A stretch of 64,000 nt of DNA. It comes from Bacteroidaceae bacterium. Its GTDB lineage: Bacteria > Bacteroidota > Bacteroidia > Bacteroidales > Bacteroidaceae. The DNA is taken from positions 3,692,997 through 3,756,996 of the forward strand of contig OY762866.2 of the NCBI GenBank assembly GCA_963666495.2. The letters run 5' to 3'. Both the position numbers and the translations under genes were made by a program. The notes under the pieces are model-generated. The model saw only the letters and a list, made by a program, of their open reading frames with translations, ran no database searches and was not told the DNA's origin. Shown here piece after piece: positions 27,777-37,213 of this stretch (position 1 is its first letter; each line of letters begins with the position of its first letter).

Positions 27777-30191
27777 ATGGCAAACTTTGATTTCAGAAAT
27801 TTGGCTTCTCGCGGTAAATCCGCCTTTGTTTTCTTCAAATCCAAATGTAAATTTTTAGGAACTAAATACAAATCTTTCTATCAGAACTCTCCCTGGTATA
27901 AGAAAATTGTAATCGTTTTCTGTTCCTTAATTCTTTTGTTTTCTCTTTATTTATTCATGGTAGATATAAACTTCCTTTGGTTGTTTGGAAAATCGCCTAG
28001 TATGTCGAGCATAAATAATCCGAACCAAAGTGTAGCCTCGGAAATTTATAGCGCAGACGGCAAGCTTATCAGTAAATATTTTAGGGAAAATAGAACTCCT
28101 GTTGAATATGAAGAAATCTCACCAATATTAATTAAGACACTTATCAGCACTGAAGATGAACGTTTTTACGAACACTTTGGAGTTGACTTAAAAGGAGTTT
28201 TTGCAGCTGTTAAGGATATGGCTCATGGTAATGCACGCGGTGCCAGCACTATTACTCAGCAGCTCGTGAAAAATTTATTTAAAGTGCGTTCCCAATATTC
28301 AAGAGGACTTATAGGAAATATTCCTGGTTTTAAACTGCTTATTATGAAATCGAAAGAATGGATTACAGCAGTTAAAATTGAAATATTTTATTCCAAAAAA
28401 GAAATCCTTACCATGTACCTCAACACAGTTGATTTTGGTAGCAATGCTTATGGAATAAAGACAGCCTGCAAAACCTATTTTAATACTACTCCTAGAAATC
28501 TAACAATAGAACAAGCTGCAACATTGGTAGGTTTACTTAAGGCTACAACAACTTATAACCCTCGCTTAAATCCAAAAAACAGTCTTAAACGACGTAATGT
28601 AGTATTAGAAAACTTATTAACTCACCATCTGATCAGTAAAACTGAATTCGATTCTCTGAAACGAATTCCAATCAAACTGAATTATAGCATTGAGCAGAAT
28701 TATGGCGGACAAGCTCTTTATTTCAGGGACGCTGTTGCCGAATCTCTTAAAGACTGGTGCAAAGAAAATGATATTGACTTATATTCTGACGGACTAAAGA
28801 TATATACAACTTTAGATACCAGAATGCAAAAATACGCTGAAGAAGCTGTAGACAAACAAATGCGTATAGTACAGCGTAACTTTGACAGTCATTGGGGAAC
28901 TGAGAACCCATGGCAAGATCAGAATCATAAAGAAATTGTTGGTTTTATTGAGAATTTAGCCAAAAGAACCGACACTTATAAGATTCTGGAGCAAAAATAT
29001 CCGAATCAGCCAGATTCTATTAATTATTATCTAAACAAGCCTCACAAAGTTAAGGTCTTCGATTATAAGACTGGAACTAAAGTGATGGAAATTAGTACAA
29101 TGGATTCTATCCGTTATATGGAAAGATTTATGCATACCGGCTTTGTGGCTATGGAGCCTCAAAATGGATTCGTAAGAGCTTGGGTAGGCGACATTGATTT
29201 CAATTCTTGGAAATATGACAAAGTTCTTTCAAAGCGTCAACCGGGATCTACTTTCAAGCTATTTGATTATGCTACAGCTTTCAATAAAGGAATGTCTCCT
29301 TGCGACGAAAGGGTTGATCAATATCTTGAATGGGAAGTTATGGAAAAAGGAGAACTTAAAAAATGGACTCCACGTAATGCTAACGGAAACTATTCAGGCC
29401 AGACATTGACATTAAAAGCTGCTTTTGCAAGATCTATTAATAGTATTGCGGTACAAATTGCAAAAGAAGTAGGTATTGCTGAAATTATCAAGACAGCACA
29501 TGCAATGGGTATTAAAACTCCACTGCACAATATACCGGCAACAAGTCTGGGAGCTTCAGACGTTTCTTTATTAGAACTAGTTAACGCTTACTGTACAGTT
29601 GTGAATGATGGTATGACCCACGATCCTGTATTGGTAACACGTATTGAAGATCGTAGTGGAAAAGTGCTATATAATTATTCACCCGAACAGAAACAAGCTA
29701 TTCCTTATGAAACAGCATTCTTGATGCAGCAAATGCTTCAAGGAGGACTTACTGAACCAATGGGAACAACTCAGAATCTATGGTCTTTTGATGTATTCAA
29801 ATACAACACCGATTTTGGAGGTAAAACCGGAACATCATCTAATCACTCTGATGCATGGTTCGTTGGTGTGACTCCGAATTTAGTAGGTGGTGCGTGGGTT
29901 GGTGGTGAACATCGAAGTATCCACTTTAGAACCGGCAAACTAGGAGAAGGAAGCAAGACTGCCCTACCAATATTTGGTTATTTCATGGAGAAAGTGCTTG
30001 CAGATGCTCAATTATCTAAATACAGAGCTAAGTTCCCTAAACCGAAACAACCAATAACCAAAAACTATCAATGCCAATCATCGTATCCTTCTGCAAAGAA
30101 TGATTCTATTGACGGATTAGCGTCAGATAGTACTGCTATCAATTCAGATCAAGAAGGACTGGAAGAGGAAAATGTAGAAGAGCAACTTTAA
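27777..30191 (+). CDS. mrcA: Class A penicillin-binding protein (PBP1A, transglycosylase/transpeptidase)
   Basis: GT51 motifs EDERFYEH.GVD and GASTITQQL.KN; transpeptidase motifs STFK, SIN and KTG; single N-terminal TM helix. Confidence 0.92.
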   Translation: MANFDFRNLASRGKSAFVFFKSKCKFLGTKYKSFYQNSPWYKKIVIVFCSLILLFSLYLFMVDINFLWLFGKSPSMSSINNPNQSVASEIYSADGKLISKYFRENRTPVEYEEISPILIKTLISTEDERFYEHFGVDLKGVFAAVKDMAHGNARGASTITQQLVKNLFKVRSQYSRGLIGNIPGFKLLIMKSKEWITAVKIEIFYSKKEILTMYLNTVDFGSNAYGIKTACKTYFNTTPRNLTIEQAATLVGLLKATTTYNPRLNPKNSLKRRNVVLENLLTHHLISKTEFDSLKRIPIKLNYSIEQNYGGQALYFRDAVAESLKDWCKENDIDLYSDGLKIYTTLDTRMQKYAEEAVDKQMRIVQRNFDSHWGTENPWQDQNHKEIVGFIENLAKRTDTYKILEQKYPNQPDSINYYLNKPHKVKVFDYKTGTKVMEISTMDSIRYMERFMHTGFVAMEPQNGFVRAWVGDIDFNSWKYDKVLSKRQPGSTFKLFDYATAFNKGMSPCDERVDQYLEWEVMEKGELKKWTPRNANGNYSGQTLTLKAAFARSINSIAVQIAKEVGIAEIIKTAHAMGIKTPLHNIPATSLGASDVSLLELVNAYCTVVNDGMTHDPVLVTRIEDRSGKVLYNYSPEQKQAIPYETAFLMQQMLQGGLTEPMGTTQNLWSFDVFKYNTDFGGKTGTSSNHSDAWFVGVTPNLVGGAWVGGEHRSIHFRTGKLGEGSKTALPIFGYFMEKVLADAQLSKYRAKFPKPKQPITKNYQCQSSYPSAKNDSIDGLASDSTAINSDQEGLEEENVEEQL

Positions 30192-30214
30192 AAATATAAA
30201 GCTTCGAAAAATAT

Positions 30215-30250
30215 AAAGGCTCAGATGAATTTGTTCATCTGAGCCTTTTT
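30215..30250 (+). terminator. Terminator after PBP1A
   Basis: AAAGGCTCAGATGAA-TTTG-TTCATCTGAGCCTTTTT. Confidence 0.85.
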
Positions 30251-30447
30251 ATTATAGTTCTCAAATATTATCGGCAAAGGTACTGATCTACTTACTTTTA
30301 TTATGATGCGCCATCTGGATAATAAGATTTGTATAAAAGACCATCTTTCTTAAATTTGATTTATTATTGAATGAAATAAGAAACTATTGGTGTATGATTT
30401 CAATTTATTCGTCAATAAATAAAATCCATTGACGAATGGCTACTCAA

Positions 30448-30526
30448 ACTCCCGCCTGCAATTTTCAAAAGCAGGCGGGAGTTTGTTCAACATCCGGTTA
30501 CGTTTCTGAAAAAGCAGGCGGGATGT
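30448..30526. repeat. GCAGGCGGGA-core units in alternating orientation, about 22-bp period
   Basis: ACTCCCGCCTGC (30448), GCAGGCGGGAGT (30471), degenerate ACATCCGGTTAC (about 30490), GCAGGCGGGATG (30514). Confidence 0.65.
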
Positions 30527-30568
30527 TTTAGCATTGTACTTTTACGCTATCTTACAGAAAAAATAAAA

Positions 30569-30901
30569 TCATCCCTCACTCCCTCACTTTTCCTTTTAAC
30601 ATACTTAAGAATAGCATATTACTTAGTGATGGTAGCATTTTGAACCCTCACCAAACCATCACTTTTGGAGTCAACCTAATTTAGGACGAGACATTTTCGA
30701 GCTATATTTATCCAAATAGAATAAAACTCAGTCTAATATTGTTGCTCAAGACAATTTAAGCCTGAAATATGCAGATTGTGCTCAAAAGGTGAGGGTTATG
30801 TCTTTTGGTGATAGTTTGGTGAGGGTTCAAATCGCTACCATCACCTTATAATTAATTGTTATTTAGCTTATTAATCAAAATAGTGAGGGAGTGAGGGATG
30901 A
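30569..30901. mobile_element. MITE-like non-coding element with about 94-bp composite inverted arms (CCCTCAC/GTGAGGG cores)
   Basis: Perfect 20-bp outer inverted repeat (30569-30588 / 30882-30901), 37-bp spacers on both sides, and a 37-bp inner inverted repeat with 3 mismatches (30626-30662 / 30808-30844). Mobility is inferred only. Confidence 0.6.
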
Positions 30902-31223
30902 AATTAATTTTTAATTGAATAGTACCGAATAATGGTGCCTAATATTAATAATGATTGTCAGTGGCCTGTTTTTTCCGTCAATACATATTTGTTCAAGAAA
31001 CTTTTCTCACTAAAGTTATATATAGCAAAAGCTATATCCTGCCCAATCATTCATTCCAGGCTATTTTATTATGTCTTTTTTACTCTTTGAATAACGATTT
31101 ACTTGTCTCCTTAACTTCCTAAAAAGAACTATAGAAAATAAAAAGAACATATTTCTTTATATTAATGCAGTATAATATTTTGTACTTCGTTTATCTAATA
31201 AATAATTTTACTATTTTCATGAT

Positions 31224-31676
31224 ATGAAAAAGAAAAACACAACATGGCTGAATTTAGCAAATAAAGTTCTATCAGGAATGATGGTATTACTGGGATTTAA
31301 CGGTTGTTCCGGAGAAGCCCCGTGCATGTATGGTTCGCCTTACGCTTTGCATACTATTAAAGGAAAAGTAGAAAACAATTCCGGAACTGCAATAAAAGGA
31401 ATTCAAGTTATTTGCAACGCAAAGAATAGCTGGATTAAACCGGATACTTTGCTATCCAATCAAAATGGAGAATTTATTTTCAAGAGCGAGCATACTTTTA
31501 CCGAAGCTACTTATAAGCTTATCTGCAAAGACATTGATGGAGATACAAATGGTTCATATAAAAATGACTCTATTGAAGTAGAATTTAAAAAAAGTGACTT
31601 AAGCAATGGAAAAGATTGGTTTGAAGGAGAAGCTACAAAAAATGTGACGATAAAATTATCCGAAAATGATAAGTGA
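31224..31676 (+). CDS. Lipoprotein of the rSAM/lipoprotein system (TIGR04134-like)
   Basis: Signal peptide with FNGC lipobox, then SGEAPCMYGSPYA, IKGKV..IKGIQV, and DIDG..NGSY; overlaps the rSAM gene by 11 nt. Confidence 0.85.
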   Translation: MKKKNTTWLNLANKVLSGMMVLLGFNGCSGEAPCMYGSPYALHTIKGKVENNSGTAIKGIQVICNAKNSWIKPDTLLSNQNGEFIFKSEHTFTEATYKLICKDIDGDTNGSYKNDSIEVEFKKSDLSNGKDWFEGEATKNVTIKLSENDK

Positions 31677-32739
31677 GATAACTTTAAAAAAGCTCTTGGC
31701 ATTAGAAATAGCTCGCAAAATAAGGCATAACAAAATCAAATTACATCCCCTTCGCCAACTATTTTGGGAATGTACTTTACGATGCAATCTTTATTGCCGG
31801 CACTGTGGAAGTGATTGCAAAAAAACAGCATATCAAAAAGATATGCCATTGGCAGATTTCCTTGCGGTTATTGATTCTATATCTCCGCATGTTAATCCAT
31901 CAGAGGTATGTATTATCATAACCGGAGGTGAGCCATTAATGAGAGAAGACATTGAAGAATGTGGACTTGCACTCTACCATAAAGGTTTCCCTTGGGGAAT
32001 CGTAACAAACGGACTTTATCTTAGTCACAAACGTCTTGACTCATTACTGGCTTCCGGAATGCATTCTATTACAATAAGTCTGGATGGACTTGAAAAAGAG
32101 CATAATTGGATGCGAGGACATCCCGAAAGTTTTACCCGAGCAACAGAAGCTATTAAAATGGTTGCTTCTGAAAAAGACTTAAATTGGGATGTTGTTACGT
32201 GCATAAACCGTAAAAACTATAAAGATTTAGAAGAATTAAAAAACTATTTGATATCCATCGGAGTAAGAAATTGGCGAATATTCACAGTCTTTCCGGTAGG
32301 ACGAGCAGCAGAAGATCCGGAACTTCTACTCACTAATCAAGAATATACAGGCTTGATGGAATTTATAAAGCTGAGTCGCAAAGAAGGAAAAATAAAGATA
32401 AACTATGCATGCGAAGGCTTTCTCGGAAAATACGAAGGAGAAGTAAGAGATAATTTCTATTCGTGCGGAGCAGGTGTTAGTGTAGCTTCAATTCTGATTG
32501 ATGGCTCAATCTCTGCCTGTCCAAGTATCCGAAGCAATTTTTATCAAGGGAATATATATCGTGATAATTTTATGGAAATATGGAATAATCGATTTGAAAA
32601 CTTCCGTAACCGTGAATGGATGAAAAAAGATAAATGTGCCAAGTGCAATTACTTCCGCTATTGTGAAGGAAACGGAATGCATCTTCGCAATAATGAAGGA
32701 AAACTCCTTATATGTCATTATAACAAACTTCGAGATTAA
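31666..32739 (+). CDS. Radical SAM/SPASM enzyme (TIGR04133-like, rSAM/lipoprotein system)
   Basis: CNLYCRHC (CxxxCxxC), ITGGEPL, ISLDG; SPASM cysteines CGAG..ISACP..CAKCNYFRYCEG. Confidence 0.9.
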   Translation: MISEITLKKLLALEIARKIRHNKIKLHPLRQLFWECTLRCNLYCRHCGSDCKKTAYQKDMPLADFLAVIDSISPHVNPSEVCIIITGGEPLMREDIEECGLALYHKGFPWGIVTNGLYLSHKRLDSLLASGMHSITISLDGLEKEHNWMRGHPESFTRATEAIKMVASEKDLNWDVVTCINRKNYKDLEELKNYLISIGVRNWRIFTVFPVGRAAEDPELLLTNQEYTGLMEFIKLSRKEGKIKINYACEGFLGKYEGEVRDNFYSCGAGVSVASILIDGSISACPSIRSNFYQGNIYRDNFMEIWNNRFENFRNREWMKKDKCAKCNYFRYCEGNGMHLRNNEGKLLICHYNKLRD

Positions 32740-32764
32740 CAATATTACAGACTTATTCTAAACT

Positions 32765-32812
32765 AGAAATCCCGCTCTCGCATTTTTATAATGTCAGAGC
32801 GGGATTCTTTTA
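32765..32812 (+). terminator. Terminator after the rSAM gene
   Basis: GAAATCCCGCTCT...AGAGCGGGATTC followed by TTTT. Confidence 0.75.
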
Positions 32813-33090
32813 TTATAAATTCAGCACAGTTAAGCATAGTATTCTTTTATATGTAACACTACTTAAGTATAAATATAGCAGACAAATATATACAGTTTCC
32901 AACAATAAACAAACGTTTAAAAGATATCATTTTTCACAATTTTTCAATTATAAATTCAGTTATAAAGATGGTGCATTTCTAATAGAATTCAACCTATAAT
33001 CAATGATTACAATACTATTAAGACTGATATTCCCGGGCTATTCACCTTCTTTTTATTGGTTATTTTCTTTCATATAACAAACAAACATAT

Positions 33091-33098
33091 TATATTTG
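33091..33098 (+). promoter_or_regulatory. -7 box (TATATTTG) for gmd-fcl
   Basis: TAnnTTTG 65 bp before the gmd start. Confidence 0.6.
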
Positions 33099-33163
33099 CA
33101 AAATTAATAACATTATTTACATAAAATAGGTATTACAATACAACTTTACTAATAACAATAGAC

Positions 33164-34231
33164 ATGAAAAAAGCCTTAATTTCAGGTATAACCGGTCAGG
33201 ACGGTTCATTCTTAGCTGAATTTTTATTAAAAAAAGGATATGAAGTTCACGGCATTCTTCGCCGTTCTTCTTCTTTCAATACAGGACGCATCGAACATCT
33301 ATATTTTGATGAATGGGTACGCGATATGAAACAACAACGAACCATAAATCTTCATTATGGAGATATGACCGATTCCAGTTCTCTTATACGTATTATCCAA
33401 CAAGTACAACCAGACGAGATATATAATCTGGCAGCTCAAAGTCATGTAAAGGTAAGCTTTGATGTTCCTGAATATACAGCCGAAGCTGATGCTGTGGGTA
33501 CCCTCCGCATGCTGGAAGCTGTTCGTATTCTAGGCTTAGAAAATAAAACCAAAATATATCAGGCTTCTACTTCCGAACTTTTTGGTTTGGTGCAGGAAGT
33601 TCCACAAAAAGAAACTACACCTTTTTATCCACGCAGTCCATACGGAGTTGCTAAACAATACGGTTTTTGGATTACAAAGAATTATCGCGAATCTTACGGA
33701 ATGTTTGCTGTAAACGGAATCTTATTTAATCACGAAAGTGAAAGACGTGGAGAAACGTTTGTTACCAGAAAGATTTCTTTAGCTGTTGCCCGTATTAAAC
33801 AAGGTGTACAAGATAAGCTTTACATGGGTAACCTTGATTCACAACGTGACTGGGGATATGCAAGAGATTATGTAGAGTGTATGTGGTTAATTTTACAACA
33901 TGACACTCCAGAAGATTTTGTAATTGCTACCGGAGAAATGCATACCGTTCGAGAATTCTGTACGTTTGCTTTCAAAGAAGCAGATATTGAACTTCGTTGG
34001 GAAGGTGAAGGAGTTGATGAAAAAGGTATTGACGTAGCCACTGGTCGTGTATTAGTAGAAGTGGATCCTAAATATTTCCGTCCGGCTGAGGTTGAACAAT
34101 TATTAGGAGACCCTACAAAAGCAAAAACATTACTTGGCTGGAATCCTACACAAACATCATTCCCTGAGTTGGTAAAGATCATGGTACAACATGATATGGA
34201 AAAAGTCAGAAAGTTGATCGCAAATAAATAA
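33164..34231 (+). CDS. gmd: GDP-mannose 4,6-dehydratase
   Basis: [51 protein letters not shown]. Confidence 0.97.
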   Translation: MKKALISGITGQDGSFLAEFLLKKGYEVHGILRRSSSFNTGRIEHLYFDEWVRDMKQQRTINLHYGDMTDSSSLIRIIQQVQPDEIYNLAAQSHVKVSFDVPEYTAEADAVGTLRMLEAVRILGLENKTKIYQASTSELFGLVQEVPQKETTPFYPRSPYGVAKQYGFWITKNYRESYGMFAVNGILFNHESERRGETFVTRKISLAVARIKQGVQDKLYMGNLDSQRDWGYARDYVECMWLILQHDTPEDFVIATGEMHTVREFCTFAFKEADIELRWEGEGVDEKGIDVATGRVLVEVDPKYFRPAEVEQLLGDPTKAKTLLGWNPTQTSFPELVKIMVQHDMEKVRKLIANK

Positions 34232-35319
34232 TGATGAAAAAAGATGCAAAGATTTTTGTAGCCGGACACCGTGGACTTGTAGGTTCGGCTATTTTAAATA
34301 ATCTGAAGAAAAAAGGATATACTAATTTTGTTCTTCGAACTCATAAAGAATTAGATTTATGTAATCAGGCCGCTGTTACAGAATTCTTTGATCAAGAGAA
34401 GCCTGAATATGTATTTCTGGCTGCCGCACATGTAGGCGGGATTGTAGCGAATAGCCTTTACAGAGCTGATTTTATTTATCGCAATCTGGAAATTCAGAAT
34501 AATGTAATATACAATTCATTCCGTACAGGAGTAAAGAAGTTGCTGTTTCTTGGCAGTACTTGCATTTATCCGGGAAATGCTCCTCAACCAATGAAAGAAG
34601 ATTGCCTGCTTTCTTCTGAATTGGAATATACCAATGAGCCTTATGCATTGGCAAAAATTGCCGGACTGAAAATGTGCGAAAGCTTTAACCTGCAATATGG
34701 AACAAACTATATAGCAGTAATGCCAACTAACCTTTATGGTCCGAATGATAATTTCAATTTGGAACGCAGTCATGTATTGCCGGCTTTAATCAGAAAGGCA
34801 CACTTAGGCAAACAGCTAATGGCCGGTAACTGGGATGAAATCCGCAAGGATTTTAAGACTGCCCCTGTGGAGGGTGTAGATGGAAATACCAGTCAGGAAG
34901 CTATTCTTGAAAAACTAAATAAATACGGTATTACCCAATCTACAAACGGAAAAGTAAATGTTGAGATATGGGGTACAGGTGCTCCCCTACGCGAATTCCT
35001 TTGGAGCGAAGATATGGCCGATGCTTGTGTCTTTATTATGGAAAATGTAGATTTTGCAGATCTGAAAGGAAATAGCAAGGAAGTACGTAATTGCCATATT
35101 AACATAGGTACAGGAAAAGAGCTTTCTATCAAAGAACTTGCTTACCTGGTTGCAAAGAAAGTTGGCTTCGAGGGAAACATTGTTTTCAATTCCGATAAAC
35201 CGGACGGAACAATGCGCAAGCTTACTGACCCTTCTAAACTTCACAGCCTAGGCTGGAAACACAAAGTTGAACTAGAAGATGGCATTGCTATGATATACAA
35301 TTGGTATATTAATAAATAA
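34231..35319 (+). CDS. fcl: GDP-L-fucose synthase
   Basis: [63 protein letters not shown]; overlaps the gmd stop. Confidence 0.96.
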   Translation: MMKKDAKIFVAGHRGLVGSAILNNLKKKGYTNFVLRTHKELDLCNQAAVTEFFDQEKPEYVFLAAAHVGGIVANSLYRADFIYRNLEIQNNVIYNSFRTGVKKLLFLGSTCIYPGNAPQPMKEDCLLSSELEYTNEPYALAKIAGLKMCESFNLQYGTNYIAVMPTNLYGPNDNFNLERSHVLPALIRKAHLGKQLMAGNWDEIRKDFKTAPVEGVDGNTSQEAILEKLNKYGITQSTNGKVNVEIWGTGAPLREFLWSEDMADACVFIMENVDFADLKGNSKEVRNCHINIGTGKELSIKELAYLVAKKVGFEGNIVFNSDKPDGTMRKLTDPSKLHSLGWKHKVELEDGIAMIYNWYINK

Positions 35320-35436
35320 AAAAATAGACATATGATAAAGTTCAGAGTAATTTGAACAAAAAATTAAGTTGATTAATAGAGTAGATTAAGATAATAGGGC
35401 ATGTGATATGTCCTATTATTGTTTTAAAGAACAGAG

Positions 35437-36144
35437 TCAACAACCACTAAGCAATTTGTTTTTAAGGATAGCTTCCAGCACTTTTTCTTTATAAGTCCTT
35501 GATATTGGAATTTTATATTTATCTATGCCAAGCATATTCCCTTCAATATTCAATACCTTTTCTACGTTTATAATGAAAGATTTATGCGTTTGAATAAAAA
35601 GCTGTTCAGGAAGATTCTCCAATATAAGCCTAAGAGTTGAATGAGTTATAACCTTTCCCGAAATTGTTTGAATAGCCACATAATTCTCTATCCCCTCAAC
35701 ATATAATATATCCTTGAAAAAAATCTTTTCCAGTTTCTGATTCGCTTTTACAAAGAAATAATCAGGAGATTTTGATGCCGTTTGATTTACAATCACGTCA
35801 TACGCCTTATTCACAGCTTTCAGAAATCGTTCAAAAGAAATTGGTTTAAGCAAATAATCTACAACTTCCAGATCATATCCCTTTATTGCATACTGTTCGT
35901 AAGCACTGGTAATAATAACCTTGGGAGGGTTAACCAAAGAGTTTAGCAAATCAATACCCGACATATATGGCATTTCAATATCCAGAAACAACAAATCTAC
36001 TTGCTGAGTTTTCAAGGCGTTGCTTAACTGTATAGCATCTTCGCAAACGCCTACTAGTTCAAGAAAATCAAGTCTTTCAACATAGCTTTGAATTCCATTT
36101 CTTGCTATCGGTTCATCATCGGTTATAATACATTTAATTTTCAT
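35437..36144 (-). CDS. LytTR-family response regulator
   Basis: Receiver DDE, FLDIEMP and YLLKP; LytTR domain ILYVEG..NYV..FIQTHKSFIIN..IPISR. Confidence 0.95.
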   Translation of the reverse strand: MKIKCIITDDEPIARNGIQSYVERLDFLELVGVCEDAIQLSNALKTQQVDLLFLDIEMPYMSGIDLLNSLVNPPKVIITSAYEQYAIKGYDLEVVDYLLKPISFERFLKAVNKAYDVIVNQTASKSPDYFFVKANQKLEKIFFKDILYVEGIENYVAIQTISGKVITHSTLRLILENLPEQLFIQTHKSFIINVEKVLNIEGNMLGIDKYKIPISRTYKEKVLEAILKNKLLSGC

Positions 36145-36161
36145 TCTGGCTATTATTCAAA

Positions 36162-37196
36162 TTAAAACTCAATCATCAAATTTGCCTTATAAGAGTCAGC
36201 AGTCTTAGAAATCAAAAGTTTATGCTTACCCGGATATAACAGTTCAAGCCTTCTTCTTAGATTTTCCAGCCCAATTCCACCTATTTTCGAAGCGGGAAAA
36301 GGAGTTTGAGGTATTGCATTCACAACTTCAAACAACAGTCTATTCCCATCAAGTTTACCATCTATCTTTATCCAGTACTCCCCTCCTACATATTTCAATG
36401 CATTCTCAACCAATGGAAACAAAAGCAAAGAATGGATCTTTTGATTTTTTAGCTTTGGATCAAAAGATATATCCAGTTTAAGACTCTCTTTCATCCGTAT
36501 CTTTTGCAAATCTATATAAGTAAGCAAAAAATTAATTTCTTGCTCAATAGTCACTGCCTGATTAACATCATAGAGCTGATAGCGGAGCAAATCCGACAAT
36601 TGTTCAATCGTTTTTCTTGGAATTTCATTCTTCTCGTCTATCTGGAAATAAATGGTATTTAATGCATTGAATAAAAAATGAGGATGGAACTGAGCTTTTA
36701 AAAATTTCAGTTCTGTTTCAATCTGCATATTTTTTATTTTCTGAGTCTGTAGTTTCTGGTCAATATATGCATTAAGAATCTGATTTCCTCTAAAAAGAGA
36801 ATAGATGATAATAAGCACCAAAAGAAAAATTATATTGGCAATAGTAATATCATCTATCCCCAGAGGATCATTTATCAGATAATGTATTAGCACCAGACAA
36901 GGATTGAATACAACAATTCCTGCAGCCAAAACCATAAGATATTCCGAAAGAAACATCTTAAATGTCAGCCTTCCGGTGTGTTTACTATTTCTTTCTAACA
37001 AATAACTGATAATAAACTGGCACAGATACGCAATTATTATTGCAAAACCAAATTCAATGAGGTTCCATTCCAAAGGTCGTTCCCAAAATTTGTAACCGGT
37101 AGGAGTATCACTTACCAGCCGAATACCTGCCATTACAACGGCTGCAAAAATCAATGGAACAATCCAGAACCAGATATTATATTTCTTCGTTTTCAT
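36162..37196 (-). CDS. LytS-type sensor histidine kinase
   Basis: N-terminal TM helices; ELKFLKAQFHPHFLFNALN, LSDLLRY, PLVENALK, GIGLEN..RRL. Confidence 0.92.
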   Translation of the reverse strand: MKTKKYNIWFWIVPLIFAAVVMAGIRLVSDTPTGYKFWERPLEWNLIEFGFAIIIAYLCQFIISYLLERNSKHTGRLTFKMFLSEYLMVLAAGIVVFNPCLVLIHYLINDPLGIDDITIANIIFLLVLIIIYSLFRGNQILNAYIDQKLQTQKIKNMQIETELKFLKAQFHPHFLFNALNTIYFQIDEKNEIPRKTIEQLSDLLRYQLYDVNQAVTIEQEINFLLTYIDLQKIRMKESLKLDISFDPKLKNQKIHSLLLFPLVENALKYVGGEYWIKIDGKLDGNRLLFEVVNAIPQTPFPASKIGGIGLENLRRRLELLYPGKHKLLISKTADSYKANLMIEF

Positions 37197-37213
37197 TGTT
37201 TAAGGTGCTTATA

